Positions 6,928-13,801 of a stretch of 13,801 bases of DNA are shown in pieces. This DNA comes from Verrucomicrobia bacterium UBA3869 (GTDB lineage Bacteria > Verrucomicrobiota > Verrucomicrobiia > Opitutales > UBA9783): NCBI GenBank assembly GCA_002392285.1, contig DGGR01000039.1:1-13801 (forward strand), given 5' to 3'. The notes under the pieces are model-generated. The model was not told the DNA's origin and searched no databases. It was given only the letters and a program-made list of their open reading frames with translations. Numbering within the stretch: position 1 is the first letter of the stretch; each line of letters opens with the position of its first letter. The translations under genes and the position numbers were made by a program.

Positions 6928-8340
6928 ATGAGCATTAAAAAGCAGTCGGTTGGTTCTGTTCGGGAACCTCCCTATAGCATGGCTTATGAACAGGCCTTGT
7001 TGGCAGCTTGCATGCTGGAAGGTGGACAGGATAGCATTGCAAAGTGTATTGATTTAAAGCTGTCTGCCGATTCATTTTACATTCCGGCTCATCAAAAAAT
7101 TTTTGAAGCTTGTATTGCCTTATTTAAAGCGGGATCTCCTGTTAATTTAGTAACCGTTGGCGAGCAACTTAAAGGCATGGGCGCCTTGGAGCGCATCGGC
7201 GGTTTGGTTTACCTGAATGAATTAAGCGACCGCATCGAATCGCCTGCGGGGTTAGCGTTTTATGCTCAAAGTGTAAAAAATCTGGAGGTTGCGCGCAATT
7301 TAGTACGTTTTTTCTTAACCGGGCTCGAAGAAGCCTATCAGGTACGTGATGTGGATCAATTTATCGAGCATGTTGAAAGCCGTGTGTTCGAGATCAATCA
7401 GGGGCGCGTTGAAGAAACAGTACTACCCTTTGAAGGTTCGGTGGATAAGGCTGTGAACCTCATGCAAAAATTATCGGAGGATCATGAGGTGGTGAATGGG
7501 GTTGCTAGCGGATTCAAGGATTTAGATCAATTGACTACAGGATTTCATGGCGCTGAAATGATTGTTATTGCTGCGCGTCCATCTATGGGTAAAACTGCTT
7601 TGGCCTTAAATATTGCTGAAGCTGCTTTGATGCGGGTGAATCCTGTGCCAACGTTGTTTTTTAGCCTTGAAATGAGCGCAGAACAGTTGGCAATGCGTAT
7701 GATTGGCAGCTGTGGGCGTATTGACATGACTAAACTGCGTACGGGTTTTTTGAGCAAATCACGTCAGGCGTCTATTGGCCAGATCGGTGAGGCGCTTAAA
7801 CACGTACCCCTATGGATTGATGAATCCAGCAACTTAACGATTTTGGAATTGCGTTCGAAGGCGCGTCGTTTGCATGCACAGCACCCGTTGGGATTGATTA
7901 TTGTCGACTATTTACAGTTATTGGCCGGGACCGATTCTAAGGTGTCTCGAGAGCAGCAAATTGCAGAAATTTCACGCGGTATTAAAAGCATGGCGAAGGA
8001 ATTGAATGTTCCGGTGATTGTGTTGAGTCAGCTTAATCGTGAAATGGAGCGCGAAAACCGTCAACCACGCTTATCGGATTTGCGCGAATCAGGCTCAATT
8101 GAGCAAGACGCTGATTTGGTTTTATTGTTAAGCAAAGCGGATAAAGAAACATCGGGTGCAGAAAAACCATCGCAAGCATTGGAAGAGGTTGTGCCTCCTA
8201 CAAATGAACCGTTGACAGATGTCGTAAGACGCGATTTGATTTTAGCTAAGCAGCGTAATGGACCTATTGGGGTCGTACCCTTGGTTTTCTTTAGAGCTTA
8301 TACGCGTTTTGAAAGTTTTGTATCGGATAAAAAAATATGA
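6928..8340 (+). CDS. dnaB: Replicative DNA helicase DnaB
   Basis: N-terminal PPYSMAYEQALLAACML, Walker A AARPSMGKTALALN, Walker B LIIVDYLQLL, SQLNRE...R.P.LSDLRESGSIEQDAD and KQRNGP are all present. An extra segment of about 18 aa lies between DADL and KQRNGP. Confidence 0.95.
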   Translation: MSIKKQSVGSVREPPYSMAYEQALLAACMLEGGQDSIAKCIDLKLSADSFYIPAHQKIFEACIALFKAGSPVNLVTVGEQLKGMGALERIGGLVYLNELSDRIESPAGLAFYAQSVKNLEVARNLVRFFLTGLEEAYQVRDVDQFIEHVESRVFEINQGRVEETVLPFEGSVDKAVNLMQKLSEDHEVVNGVASGFKDLDQLTTGFHGAEMIVIAARPSMGKTALALNIAEAALMRVNPVPTLFFSLEMSAEQLAMRMIGSCGRIDMTKLRTGFLSKSRQASIGQIGEALKHVPLWIDESSNLTILELRSKARRLHAQHPLGLIIVDYLQLLAGTDSKVSREQQIAEISRGIKSMAKELNVPVIVLSQLNREMERENRQPRLSDLRESGSIEQDADLVLLLSKADKETSGAEKPSQALEEVVPPTNEPLTDVVRRDLILAKQRNGPIGVVPLVFFRAYTRFESFVSDKKI

Positions 8341-10766
8341 AGCAGTTGTTGATCGTCGGATTGATTGGATCGTTATGTGTTATAGGGTATGGTGGAGCGA
8401 ATCCAACGCATTCTGCAACGCAGGCCAAACAAAAACCATCTAAGGCTTCTACAAAAACAGCTCCACTTGCATTGAACGATGGCTATATACCTTTGGCTGA
8501 TGCAGAGTTAACGTTAACCCGAACAACAGTATGGAAGGTTCGCAATTTACAGTTGAATTTAAACCAGGAAACGAGCGTATCCAAGGCGTTTATTGCTTCG
8601 CACATTGGTTTTGTCGAAGGTGACGAAATTGATGTAACTGCGTTTCAGGTTGCTTCGAAGCAATTGTACAATACGGGATGGATCGACACCTTGCGTTGGG
8701 ATGTCAAAAAAGTGGATGCCCATACGCTGGATTTGCGTTTAAGTTTGGTTATTTTCCCCAAAATTGCTGAATTCCGTTTTGAGGGGAATAATGATTTTAC
8801 TGGCAAAACCCTTGAATATGAGATGAAAAGCCGCGTTAATGAGGCTTGTAATCCTCACTGTTTGCAGGCAGATGTTGCGCGTTTAAAAGCCTTTTATACC
8901 TCAAAGGGCTATTTTAAGTCTGATATCTCCATTACGCACGAACCCTTGCGTGATGGTTATGAAACCGTGAAGGTAACGGTTCATGAGGATTTAGGGTATA
9001 AAATTAAACGCATTGATTTTCAAGGGGTTACCGCGTTTAAACCTGGGAAGTTGCGCGATTTATTGGTTACGCGCAAATGGTGGCCTTTCTCGTTCTTTAC
9101 TAAAACGGGACGTTTAGATGAGGATCGTTTGCAGCACGATATCGATACCTTACGGAATCATTACCGCAATGCGGGTTATTTGGATGTCGAAATTAACCGT
9201 AAAAATGTAGCGATTCAGAACAAAGGCAATCGTCTGCGTATTGTCTTTAAGATACAGGAAGGGGAACGGTATTATATTGGCAATGTTTCGGTAACTTCTG
9301 ATGTTCCGGAAGATGAGGAAAAACTAACCACCGCCCTTGGTTTCTTAAAGAAGGGAGATCCTGCTTCAGCCGAGTTGATTGAACAAGGGTGTGAGTTTTT
9401 ACGGGATTATTACGGAAAAGATGGTTATGTAGATGCACAGGTAGAGGTAAAACGGACCTTTATCGACCATGAGGTGGATTTGGCATTTTCCGTTGTTCGG
9501 GGTGCTCAATACCGTGTTCATTCGATTTATCTGACGGGTAATGTACATTCTCAATCCCGTTTGGTGGTGCGCGAAATGAATTTGGCTCCTGGGGATTTGT
9601 TGAACCGCCGCCGGATGAAATTAGCCGAGTTGCGTTTGCAAAACACAGGATTGTTTAAGTCAGTGGTTATTGTTCCGGAAGATTCCTCTATGCCTTACGA
9701 AAAGGATGTTAAGGTGGTTGTTGAGGAGGATAAAACGGGTAGTATTTCGTTGACCGGAGGTATTAGCTCGACGGAAAAAATTACGGTTGGATTGACCTTA
9801 GGACAAAGCAATTTCGATTGGGGCAATGGGAAAGATTATCACCGTGGAGCCGGTCAAAAAGCACAAACGGGTATTACCGTTGGAAAGTATTCGCAACAGA
9901 TTGGCTTTAACTTTGAAGAACCTTGGTTGTTCGATCGAGAGCTGCGTTGGGGATTTAACGTTACGGGCTCCAGAAGTAATTTAAACCAAAAAGATTACAA
10001 ACAGCAGCGTATTGGTTCTGAAATTTATGTTGGGAAGCGTTTGTTTGAATTGGTCGAAGGACGTTTGTACTACCATATAGAACATTTCAAGTTAGTGGGA
10101 GTTGATAATAGTGTATCGCAAGCCGTTAAGGATGAAGAGGGTTCGCGGGTTATTTCAAAGATTGGGTTTGAATTATCTCGTGATACGCGCGATCAGTTTG
10201 TGCATCCAACCGAAGGAAATGTAGCCATTTGGGATAATCAAATTGCTGGGGTTGGTGGAAAGACAAAATATGTTCGGTCGAAAGCGGTTTTTGCCCAGTG
10301 GTTCTTGGTGACCCCGAATTACGAACAGGTGTTAATGCTTAAATGTAAAGGGGCTGCTGTTCGTGGTTGGGGCGGGAAAGAGGTTCCTTTGTTCGAACGT
10401 GAATACTTAGGAGGTGATGCAGACTTACGTGGTTTCGATTATCAAGAAGCAGGTCCTCGTTCTAATGATATCCATCAGGATCCGTTAGGAGGTAAGTATG
10501 CGATAGCAGGTATTTCGGAATACTCGATTGCTCTCCACCCGCGATTCCGTTTAATTTTCTACCTCGATGCCGGTAAGGTGGTAAAAATGAATAATAAGTA
10601 TTTGTGCCCAGGTACCGATACGCTTTATGCGGATGCTGGAATTGGAACAGCTGTCGATATCCTCAATGTACCTTTGAAGTTATTCTTCTCCTATCCTTTC
10701 AAAGCGCATGAAAGTGATAGTAAAGAATTTCCGCATTTTTCTTATGCGTTTGGGGTAACTTTTTAA
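8337..10766 (+). CDS. bamA: Outer membrane protein assembly factor BamA (Omp85)
   Basis: An N-terminal signal peptide (MKQLLIVGLIGSLCVIGYGG) is followed by repeated POTRA-like units (e.g. I..I.F.GN..F....L). The C-terminal beta-barrel has the loop-6 motif LRGFDY and a terminal aromatic (FGVTF). It lies upstream of skp-lpxD. Its ATG overlaps the dnaB stop (ATGA, 8337-8340). Confidence 0.9.
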   Translation: MKQLLIVGLIGSLCVIGYGGANPTHSATQAKQKPSKASTKTAPLALNDGYIPLADAELTLTRTTVWKVRNLQLNLNQETSVSKAFIASHIGFVEGDEIDVTAFQVASKQLYNTGWIDTLRWDVKKVDAHTLDLRLSLVIFPKIAEFRFEGNNDFTGKTLEYEMKSRVNEACNPHCLQADVARLKAFYTSKGYFKSDISITHEPLRDGYETVKVTVHEDLGYKIKRIDFQGVTAFKPGKLRDLLVTRKWWPFSFFTKTGRLDEDRLQHDIDTLRNHYRNAGYLDVEINRKNVAIQNKGNRLRIVFKIQEGERYYIGNVSVTSDVPEDEEKLTTALGFLKKGDPASAELIEQGCEFLRDYYGKDGYVDAQVEVKRTFIDHEVDLAFSVVRGAQYRVHSIYLTGNVHSQSRLVVREMNLAPGDLLNRRRMKLAELRLQNTGLFKSVVIVPEDSSMPYEKDVKVVVEEDKTGSISLTGGISSTEKITVGLTLGQSNFDWGNGKDYHRGAGQKAQTGITVGKYSQQIGFNFEEPWLFDRELRWGFNVTGSRSNLNQKDYKQQRIGSEIYVGKRLFELVEGRLYYHIEHFKLVGVDNSVSQAVKDEEGSRVISKIGFELSRDTRDQFVHPTEGNVAIWDNQIAGVGGKTKYVRSKAVFAQWFLVTPNYEQVLMLKCKGAAVRGWGGKEVPLFEREYLGGDADLRGFDYQEAGPRSNDIHQDPLGGKYAIAGISEYSIALHPRFRLIFYLDAGKVVKMNNKYLCPGTDTLYADAGIGTAVDILNVPLKLFFSYPFKAHESDSKEFPHFSYAFGVTF

Positions 10767-10781
10767 ACAATTTTTTAAAAC

Positions 10782-11390
10782 ATGATGAAGATGAATATGT
10801 TAAAACAATTAGGGTTTCAAGCTGCTATTCTTGGCTGCTGTTTGAGTGTTCAAGCAAAATTTGGTGTGGTTGATGAAGCAAAGGTGTATGATCAATTCTA
10901 TAAGAAGCAACCCGCTGAAGAGAAATTCCAAACGATCACCAATCAATTTCAAGCTGAGCATGATAAGATGATTGCAGAAGGCGATAAGTTGTTGGAAGAG
11001 CGTAAGGTGTTAGTTGAAAAATTAAAAGCTCCCGGGGTTGCTGAAAGTGCCAAGAAGGGGTTAGAAAAACAGATTACGGAATTAGATAAAAAGTTGGATG
11101 AAAAGGCCAATGCGATCAAAGCGTTCCGTCAAGAAAAGACCATGATGCTGCAAGAACAACGTCAGCAGATATTGCAGGAGCATTTTGCTGAAATCAAAGT
11201 AGCGATTGAGCAAGTAGCTAAAGAAAAAGGATGCGAAGTTGTTTTTGGGGCTGCCGCCATTGCTTATGCGGATAAATCGTTAGATTTAACGGACGCCGTA
11301 ATTCAGGCCGCCAACAAGGGTCAAAGCGTAAGTAATAAAGAAGCGCCTAAGACTCAAACGAAGCAACAAACGGCAAAATCGAAGAAATAA
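10782..11390 (+). CDS. skp: Periplasmic chaperone Skp/OmpH family
   Basis: It has a signal peptide, then a long K/E/Q-rich coiled-coil typical of OmpH/Skp. It occupies the conserved position between bamA and lpxD. The start is ambiguous among ATGs at 10782, 10785, 10791 and 10797. Confidence 0.75.
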   Translation: MMKMNMLKQLGFQAAILGCCLSVQAKFGVVDEAKVYDQFYKKQPAEEKFQTITNQFQAEHDKMIAEGDKLLEERKVLVEKLKAPGVAESAKKGLEKQITELDKKLDEKANAIKAFRQEKTMMLQEQRQQILQEHFAEIKVAIEQVAKEKGCEVVFGAAAIAYADKSLDLTDAVIQAANKGQSVSNKEAPKTQTKQQTAKSKK

Positions 11391-11416
11391 AACGCGACTA
11401 AATGAACTCATAGATG

Positions 11417-11450
11417 GGCTCTTATCTCCCTAAGGAACAAGAGCCTTTTT
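11417..11450 (+). terminator. Rho-independent terminator after skp
   Basis: A 7-bp stem, GGCTCTT (11417-11423) paired with AAGAGCC (11439-11445), is followed directly by TTTTT (11446-11450). The 15-nt loop can form an inner TCC/GGA pairing. It lies 27 nt after the skp stop. Confidence 0.75.
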
Positions 11451-11461
11451 GAGTGATTCGC

Positions 11462-11490
11462 TTGTCATTAGTTTAAGGGTGCGTTATCAT
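11462..11490 (+). promoter_or_regulatory. Candidate sigma70-type promoter for lpxD
   Basis: TTGTCA (11462-11467), an exact 17-nt spacer, then TATCAT (11485-11490). Each hexamer matches the consensus at 5 of 6 positions. It sits between the skp terminator and the lpxD ATG (11549). The predicted TSS is near 11497. Confidence 0.5.
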
Positions 11491-11494
11491 TAAA

Positions 11495-11523
11495 CTACAA
11501 TCAATGGTTGTAGGAGCCATTGA
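11495..11523 (+). promoter_or_regulatory. Two interleaved stem-loops in the lpxD leader
   Basis: Stem A pairs CTACAA (11495-11500) with TTGTAG (11508-11513). Stem B pairs TCAATGG (11501-11507) with CCATTGA (11517-11523). The loop of A is the 5' arm of B, so the topology is either alternative hairpins or pseudoknot-like. Confidence 0.4.
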
Positions 11524-11548
11524 AATGAACCCCTAAAACGATAGCGCT

Positions 11549-12640
11549 ATGCAGAATGCTTTTTATACCTTAGATGCGATTATTAACCTAGTAAAGCCCC
11601 TCAATGTAAAAGGGCATTTGACCCATACAACCCTGATGGGAATCGCTTCGTTGGATAAAGCGCTTCCGACGGATTTATCATTTTTGGGTAATTTAAAATA
11701 TCGTCCGCAGGTGCCCCAATCCAAAGCGGGTGTGATTTTAGTTCCTCCTTCTTACTTGGGAGAACCCCACAAGGAACAGGTGCTTTTGACGGTTAATGAT
11801 CCCTCGGAAGCGTTGAGTGTCATCTGCCGCGATTTAATGCTTAAAAATGCCCCGAAGGTAAAGCCAGGAGTTCATCCGACGGCTGTTGTGGATCCGACGG
11901 CCAAAGTGGATCCAACAGCGGCCATTGGACCCTTGTGCGTTGTAGGGGCTCATAGTGTGATTGGTGATCATGTGGTGTTGAGCGCGCATGTATTTGTTGG
12001 AGAGCATGTTCAAATTCAATCAGGCGCTATTATACGCCCTAATTGTTCTTTGTTAGATGGGACGCAGATTGGGAAACGATGCTTTATTGATGCAGGAGTT
12101 GTTTTAGGTTCGGAAGGGTATGGTTATACGACCGTCAATGGTGCTCATCAACGCTGTCCTCAAATAGGCTGTGTGGTTTTAGAAGATGATGTGGATGTAG
12201 GATCCAATACCACCATTGACCGTGCGCGTTTTGAAGAGACCCGCATTGGTGAAGGAACCAAGATTGATAATTTAGTGCAGATTGCCCATAATGTGGTGAT
12301 TGGGAAACATTGCTTTATTGTGGCTTTTGCTGGAATTGCCGGTAGTACCCATATCGGGGATTATACAACCATCGCAGGTCAAGTGGGATTAGCAGGCCAT
12401 ATCAACATCGGAAGTCATGTGGTGGTAGGCGCGCAATCAGGCGTTAATCATGACTTGCCAGATCATAGTTTTGTTCGCGGAACACCGGTGTTCCCTTTCA
12501 TGTTGGCGCATCGTATTGATAACCTCAAGCGGCGCTTACCGGACTTGTTTAAGCGGGTGGATAATTTGGAAAAAGTATTTGCATACTTAACCGATGATGC
12601 AGCCAAATCGTGCTTTTTAAAGCAGGGCGATGCTAAGTAG
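11549..12640 (+). CDS. lpxD: UDP-3-O-(3-hydroxyacyl)glucosamine N-acyltransferase
   Basis: N-terminal uridine-binding domain ([12 protein letters not shown]...AGVILVP), left-handed beta-helix hexapeptide repeats, GSEGYGY, the catalytic-His context QIAHNVVIG and a C-terminal helical tail. It occupies the conserved position after bamA-skp. Confidence 0.9.
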   Translation: MQNAFYTLDAIINLVKPLNVKGHLTHTTLMGIASLDKALPTDLSFLGNLKYRPQVPQSKAGVILVPPSYLGEPHKEQVLLTVNDPSEALSVICRDLMLKNAPKVKPGVHPTAVVDPTAKVDPTAAIGPLCVVGAHSVIGDHVVLSAHVFVGEHVQIQSGAIIRPNCSLLDGTQIGKRCFIDAGVVLGSEGYGYTTVNGAHQRCPQIGCVVLEDDVDVGSNTTIDRARFEETRIGEGTKIDNLVQIAHNVVIGKHCFIVAFAGIAGSTHIGDYTTIAGQVGLAGHINIGSHVVVGAQSGVNHDLPDHSFVRGTPVFPFMLAHRIDNLKRRLPDLFKRVDNLEKVFAYLTDDAAKSCFLKQGDAK

Positions 12641-12653
12641 GAGCCCGAAAGTG

Positions 12654-12739
12654 CTACCCAAGTTTGGTTTTTTGAATTGAATGTCCGTCGGTGGCTTGGC
12701 ATCCTTAAAGAGAGGTTTGGGGTTATAGATCTTGGGTAG
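12654..12739. repeat. Perfect 9-bp inverted repeat flanking 68 nt in the lpxD/prs intergenic region
   Basis: CTACCCAAG (12654-12662) and its exact reverse complement CTTGGGTAG (12731-12739). The repeat does not extend in either direction. Confidence 0.6.
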
Positions 12740-12782
12740 ATCGATAGCCTAAATTGAGCTTGCAGGATGGCAGGGCTAGATC
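12726..12782 (+). repeat. Three direct copies of TAGATC immediately upstream of the prs-like start codon
   Basis: TAGATC occurs at 12726-12731, 12737-12742 (11-bp spacing) and 12777-12782. The last copy abuts ATG 12783. Each copy contains a GATC. The first two also form GATCT/AGATC arms around a TGGGT loop. Confidence 0.6.
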
Positions 12783-13721
12783 ATGGATGATGGGGTTGTA
12801 GGGAAAATCCTTTTAATCGTTGGTTCGGGTTATACGCCTTTGGCAGAGCGTATTGGCCAACAATTACAGCTTGCGGTTACTCCCATACATCTAACCCAGT
12901 TCCCTAATGGGGAGCGATGGGTTCAATTACCGATGGAGGTTGAGGATAAGGACGTTTGTTTGTTCCAAGATGCAACGCGTGATCCAAACGACTCAGTGTT
13001 CGAATTGTTACAGATGGTAGATGCGGCAAAGCAAGGTAAAGCGCGCTCTATTTTAGTCATTTGCCCCAGTTATGCTTATGCCCGGCAGGAACACCCGCTG
13101 CCGAGATGTGCCCCTACTCCTTCATTGTTTGCACGTTTACTATCAACCCTTGGGGCGGATCGTTTGTTAACGGTTGATTTGCACGCCCCTCATCAAAGCC
13201 ATCAGTTTGCTATTCCTACACAAGTCATCAGCGTTGATGAGGTGTTTATTCCGTACTTACGTTCGGTGATGGAGCCAGGAAGTCTATTGTTTGGAGCAGA
13301 TGGTAGTATGGATGAGCGGGTGAAAGCATGGGCTCATGCGTTAGGATGTACTTACGGTTGGGCTCATAAGCAACGAGCTATGCAAGGTCGCTTAAGGTTG
13401 GTGGATTGGTACGGGGAGGTGCAAGGGCAATCGGTTTATTTAGTGGATGACCGAGTGGATACTGGAGGAACCATCGCATTGGTCGCAGCTCGTTTAAAGC
13501 AATTAGGAGCTAAAAAGGTAACGGCTGTGGTTACGCATGGCATTACGGATGTAGCGGTTTGGGAACGCATTCAGGGCGGCGGAGTGGATGCGATTATCGA
13601 AAGTGATACGCGTTTCATTAGTGCCTTAGGGGAGTGTCAAACGGTGTTGTCGGTCAGTCCTTTAATAGCCGATGCGATTCGAATGACACTTGGTTCGTTA
13701 TCAAATATATCGGGTCGGTGA
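12783..13721 (+). CDS. prs: Ribose-phosphate pyrophosphokinase-like protein (divergent PRPP synthetase family)
   Basis: It is collinear with class I Prs: QFPNGE (compare RFSDGE), NDSVFELLQMVDAAK, YAYARQ, LLTVDLHA, HKQR flexible loop (compare DKRR) and the PRPP-binding loop YLVDDRVDTGGT. It diverges at RQDR(R/K), which reads RQEHP here (13083-13097). Confidence 0.7.
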   Translation: MDDGVVGKILLIVGSGYTPLAERIGQQLQLAVTPIHLTQFPNGERWVQLPMEVEDKDVCLFQDATRDPNDSVFELLQMVDAAKQGKARSILVICPSYAYARQEHPLPRCAPTPSLFARLLSTLGADRLLTVDLHAPHQSHQFAIPTQVISVDEVFIPYLRSVMEPGSLLFGADGSMDERVKAWAHALGCTYGWAHKQRAMQGRLRLVDWYGEVQGQSVYLVDDRVDTGGTIALVAARLKQLGAKKVTAVVTHGITDVAVWERIQGGGVDAIIESDTRFISALGECQTVLSVSPLIADAIRMTLGSLSNISGR

Positions 13722-13776
13722 CCTACTTTACGGTTGACTCAACGGGTGGAATAGAGTGGAACTATAAGATAAGAGA

Positions 13777-13801
13777 GCCGAGGTAGCTCAGTTGGTAGAG
13801 C
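13777..13801 (+). tRNA. tRNA gene, 5' 25 nt only (runs off the window). Identity cannot be determined because the anticodon is not in the window.
   Basis: GCCGAGG (acceptor 5' arm), TA (positions 8-9), then D-stem GCTC / D-loop AGTTGGTA / GAGC, with the conserved A14, G18-G19 and A21 pattern. Confidence 0.7.

Noticed and set aside
11525-11536. Mini-ORF ATG AAC CCC TAA in the lpxD leader
   Set aside because: It has only three codons, no ribosome-binding site and no support. It is most likely fortuitous.
11888-11923. Tandem 18-nt repeat GTGGATCCGACGGCCAAA / GTGGATCCAACAGCGGCC inside lpxD
   Set aside because: It encodes [12 protein letters not shown], two successive hexapeptide turns at the start of the left-handed beta-helix. 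This is the intrinsic periodicity of the fold, not a mobile or regulatory repeat.
12654-12673. T6 run (12668-12673) after the lpxD stop, considered as a terminator
   Set aside because: The preceding local hairpin is only about 3 bp (CCA/TGG around an AGTT loop). That is too weak to call a terminator.
13734-13768. TTGACT (13734-13739) and TATAAG (13763-13768) as a promoter for the tRNA
   Set aside because: Both hexamers look good, and TATAAG is well placed about 8 nt before the tRNA 5' end. However, the spacer is 23 nt, well outside the sigma70 range of 16-18 nt. No alternative -35 exists at the right distance.
1-13801. Search for CRISPR arrays, IS elements or terminal inverted repeats, integrases, phage genes or defence genes, and toxin-antitoxin pairs
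   Set aside because: No spaced direct-repeat array was seen. No ORF has transposase, integrase, nuclease or NTPase defence-type motifs. Every ORF over 100 aa that is not a shadow ORF is accounted for by a conserved housekeeping or LPS function.

Overview
This 13.8-kb window comes from a diderm (Gram-negative-type) bacterium. It has moderate GC (roughly mid-40s % by eye) and is almost entirely coding. Almost all of it is conserved housekeeping sequence. Content in order: (i) 1-2897 holds an LPS/LOS outer-core-type module. It has two tandem family-8 glycosyltransferase paralogs (the first cut by the window edge) and a WaaL/Wzy_C-type polytopic membrane protein, joined by ATGA and TAATG overlaps. 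(ii) miaB lies on the minus strand, convergent with the ligase-like gene and overlapping its 3' end by 14 bp. (iii) 4296-11390 is a tightly packed plus-strand array: rplY(ctc)-pth-rpsF-ssb-rplI-dnaB-bamA-skp. I found no convincing intrinsic terminator in it until a clear hairpin plus T5 after skp. (iv) lpxD follows, with its own sigma70-like promoter and a structured leader. (v) A divergent prs-like gene is preceded by a repeat-rich 142-nt leader. (vi) The first 25 nt of a tRNA sit at the right edge. I see no transposase, integrase, CRISPR array, toxin-antitoxin pair, phage gene or recognisable defence gene. I cannot support the presence of a novel multi-gene system here. The best leads are modest: a degenerate-looking GT8 paralog, rpsR missing from the rpsF-ssb-rplI block, a dnaB/bamA 4-nt overlap, the skp/lpxD intergenic elements, and a TAGATC x3 plus 9-bp inverted repeat upstream of the prs-like gene. 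All protein calls rest on motif recognition by eye in the supplied translations. No database search was run. Lineage cannot be assigned from this window. The block order (ctc-pth-rpsF..rplI, bamA-skp-lpxD without fabZ-lpxA) resembles PVC/Chlamydiae-type synteny from memory, but that is speculation.
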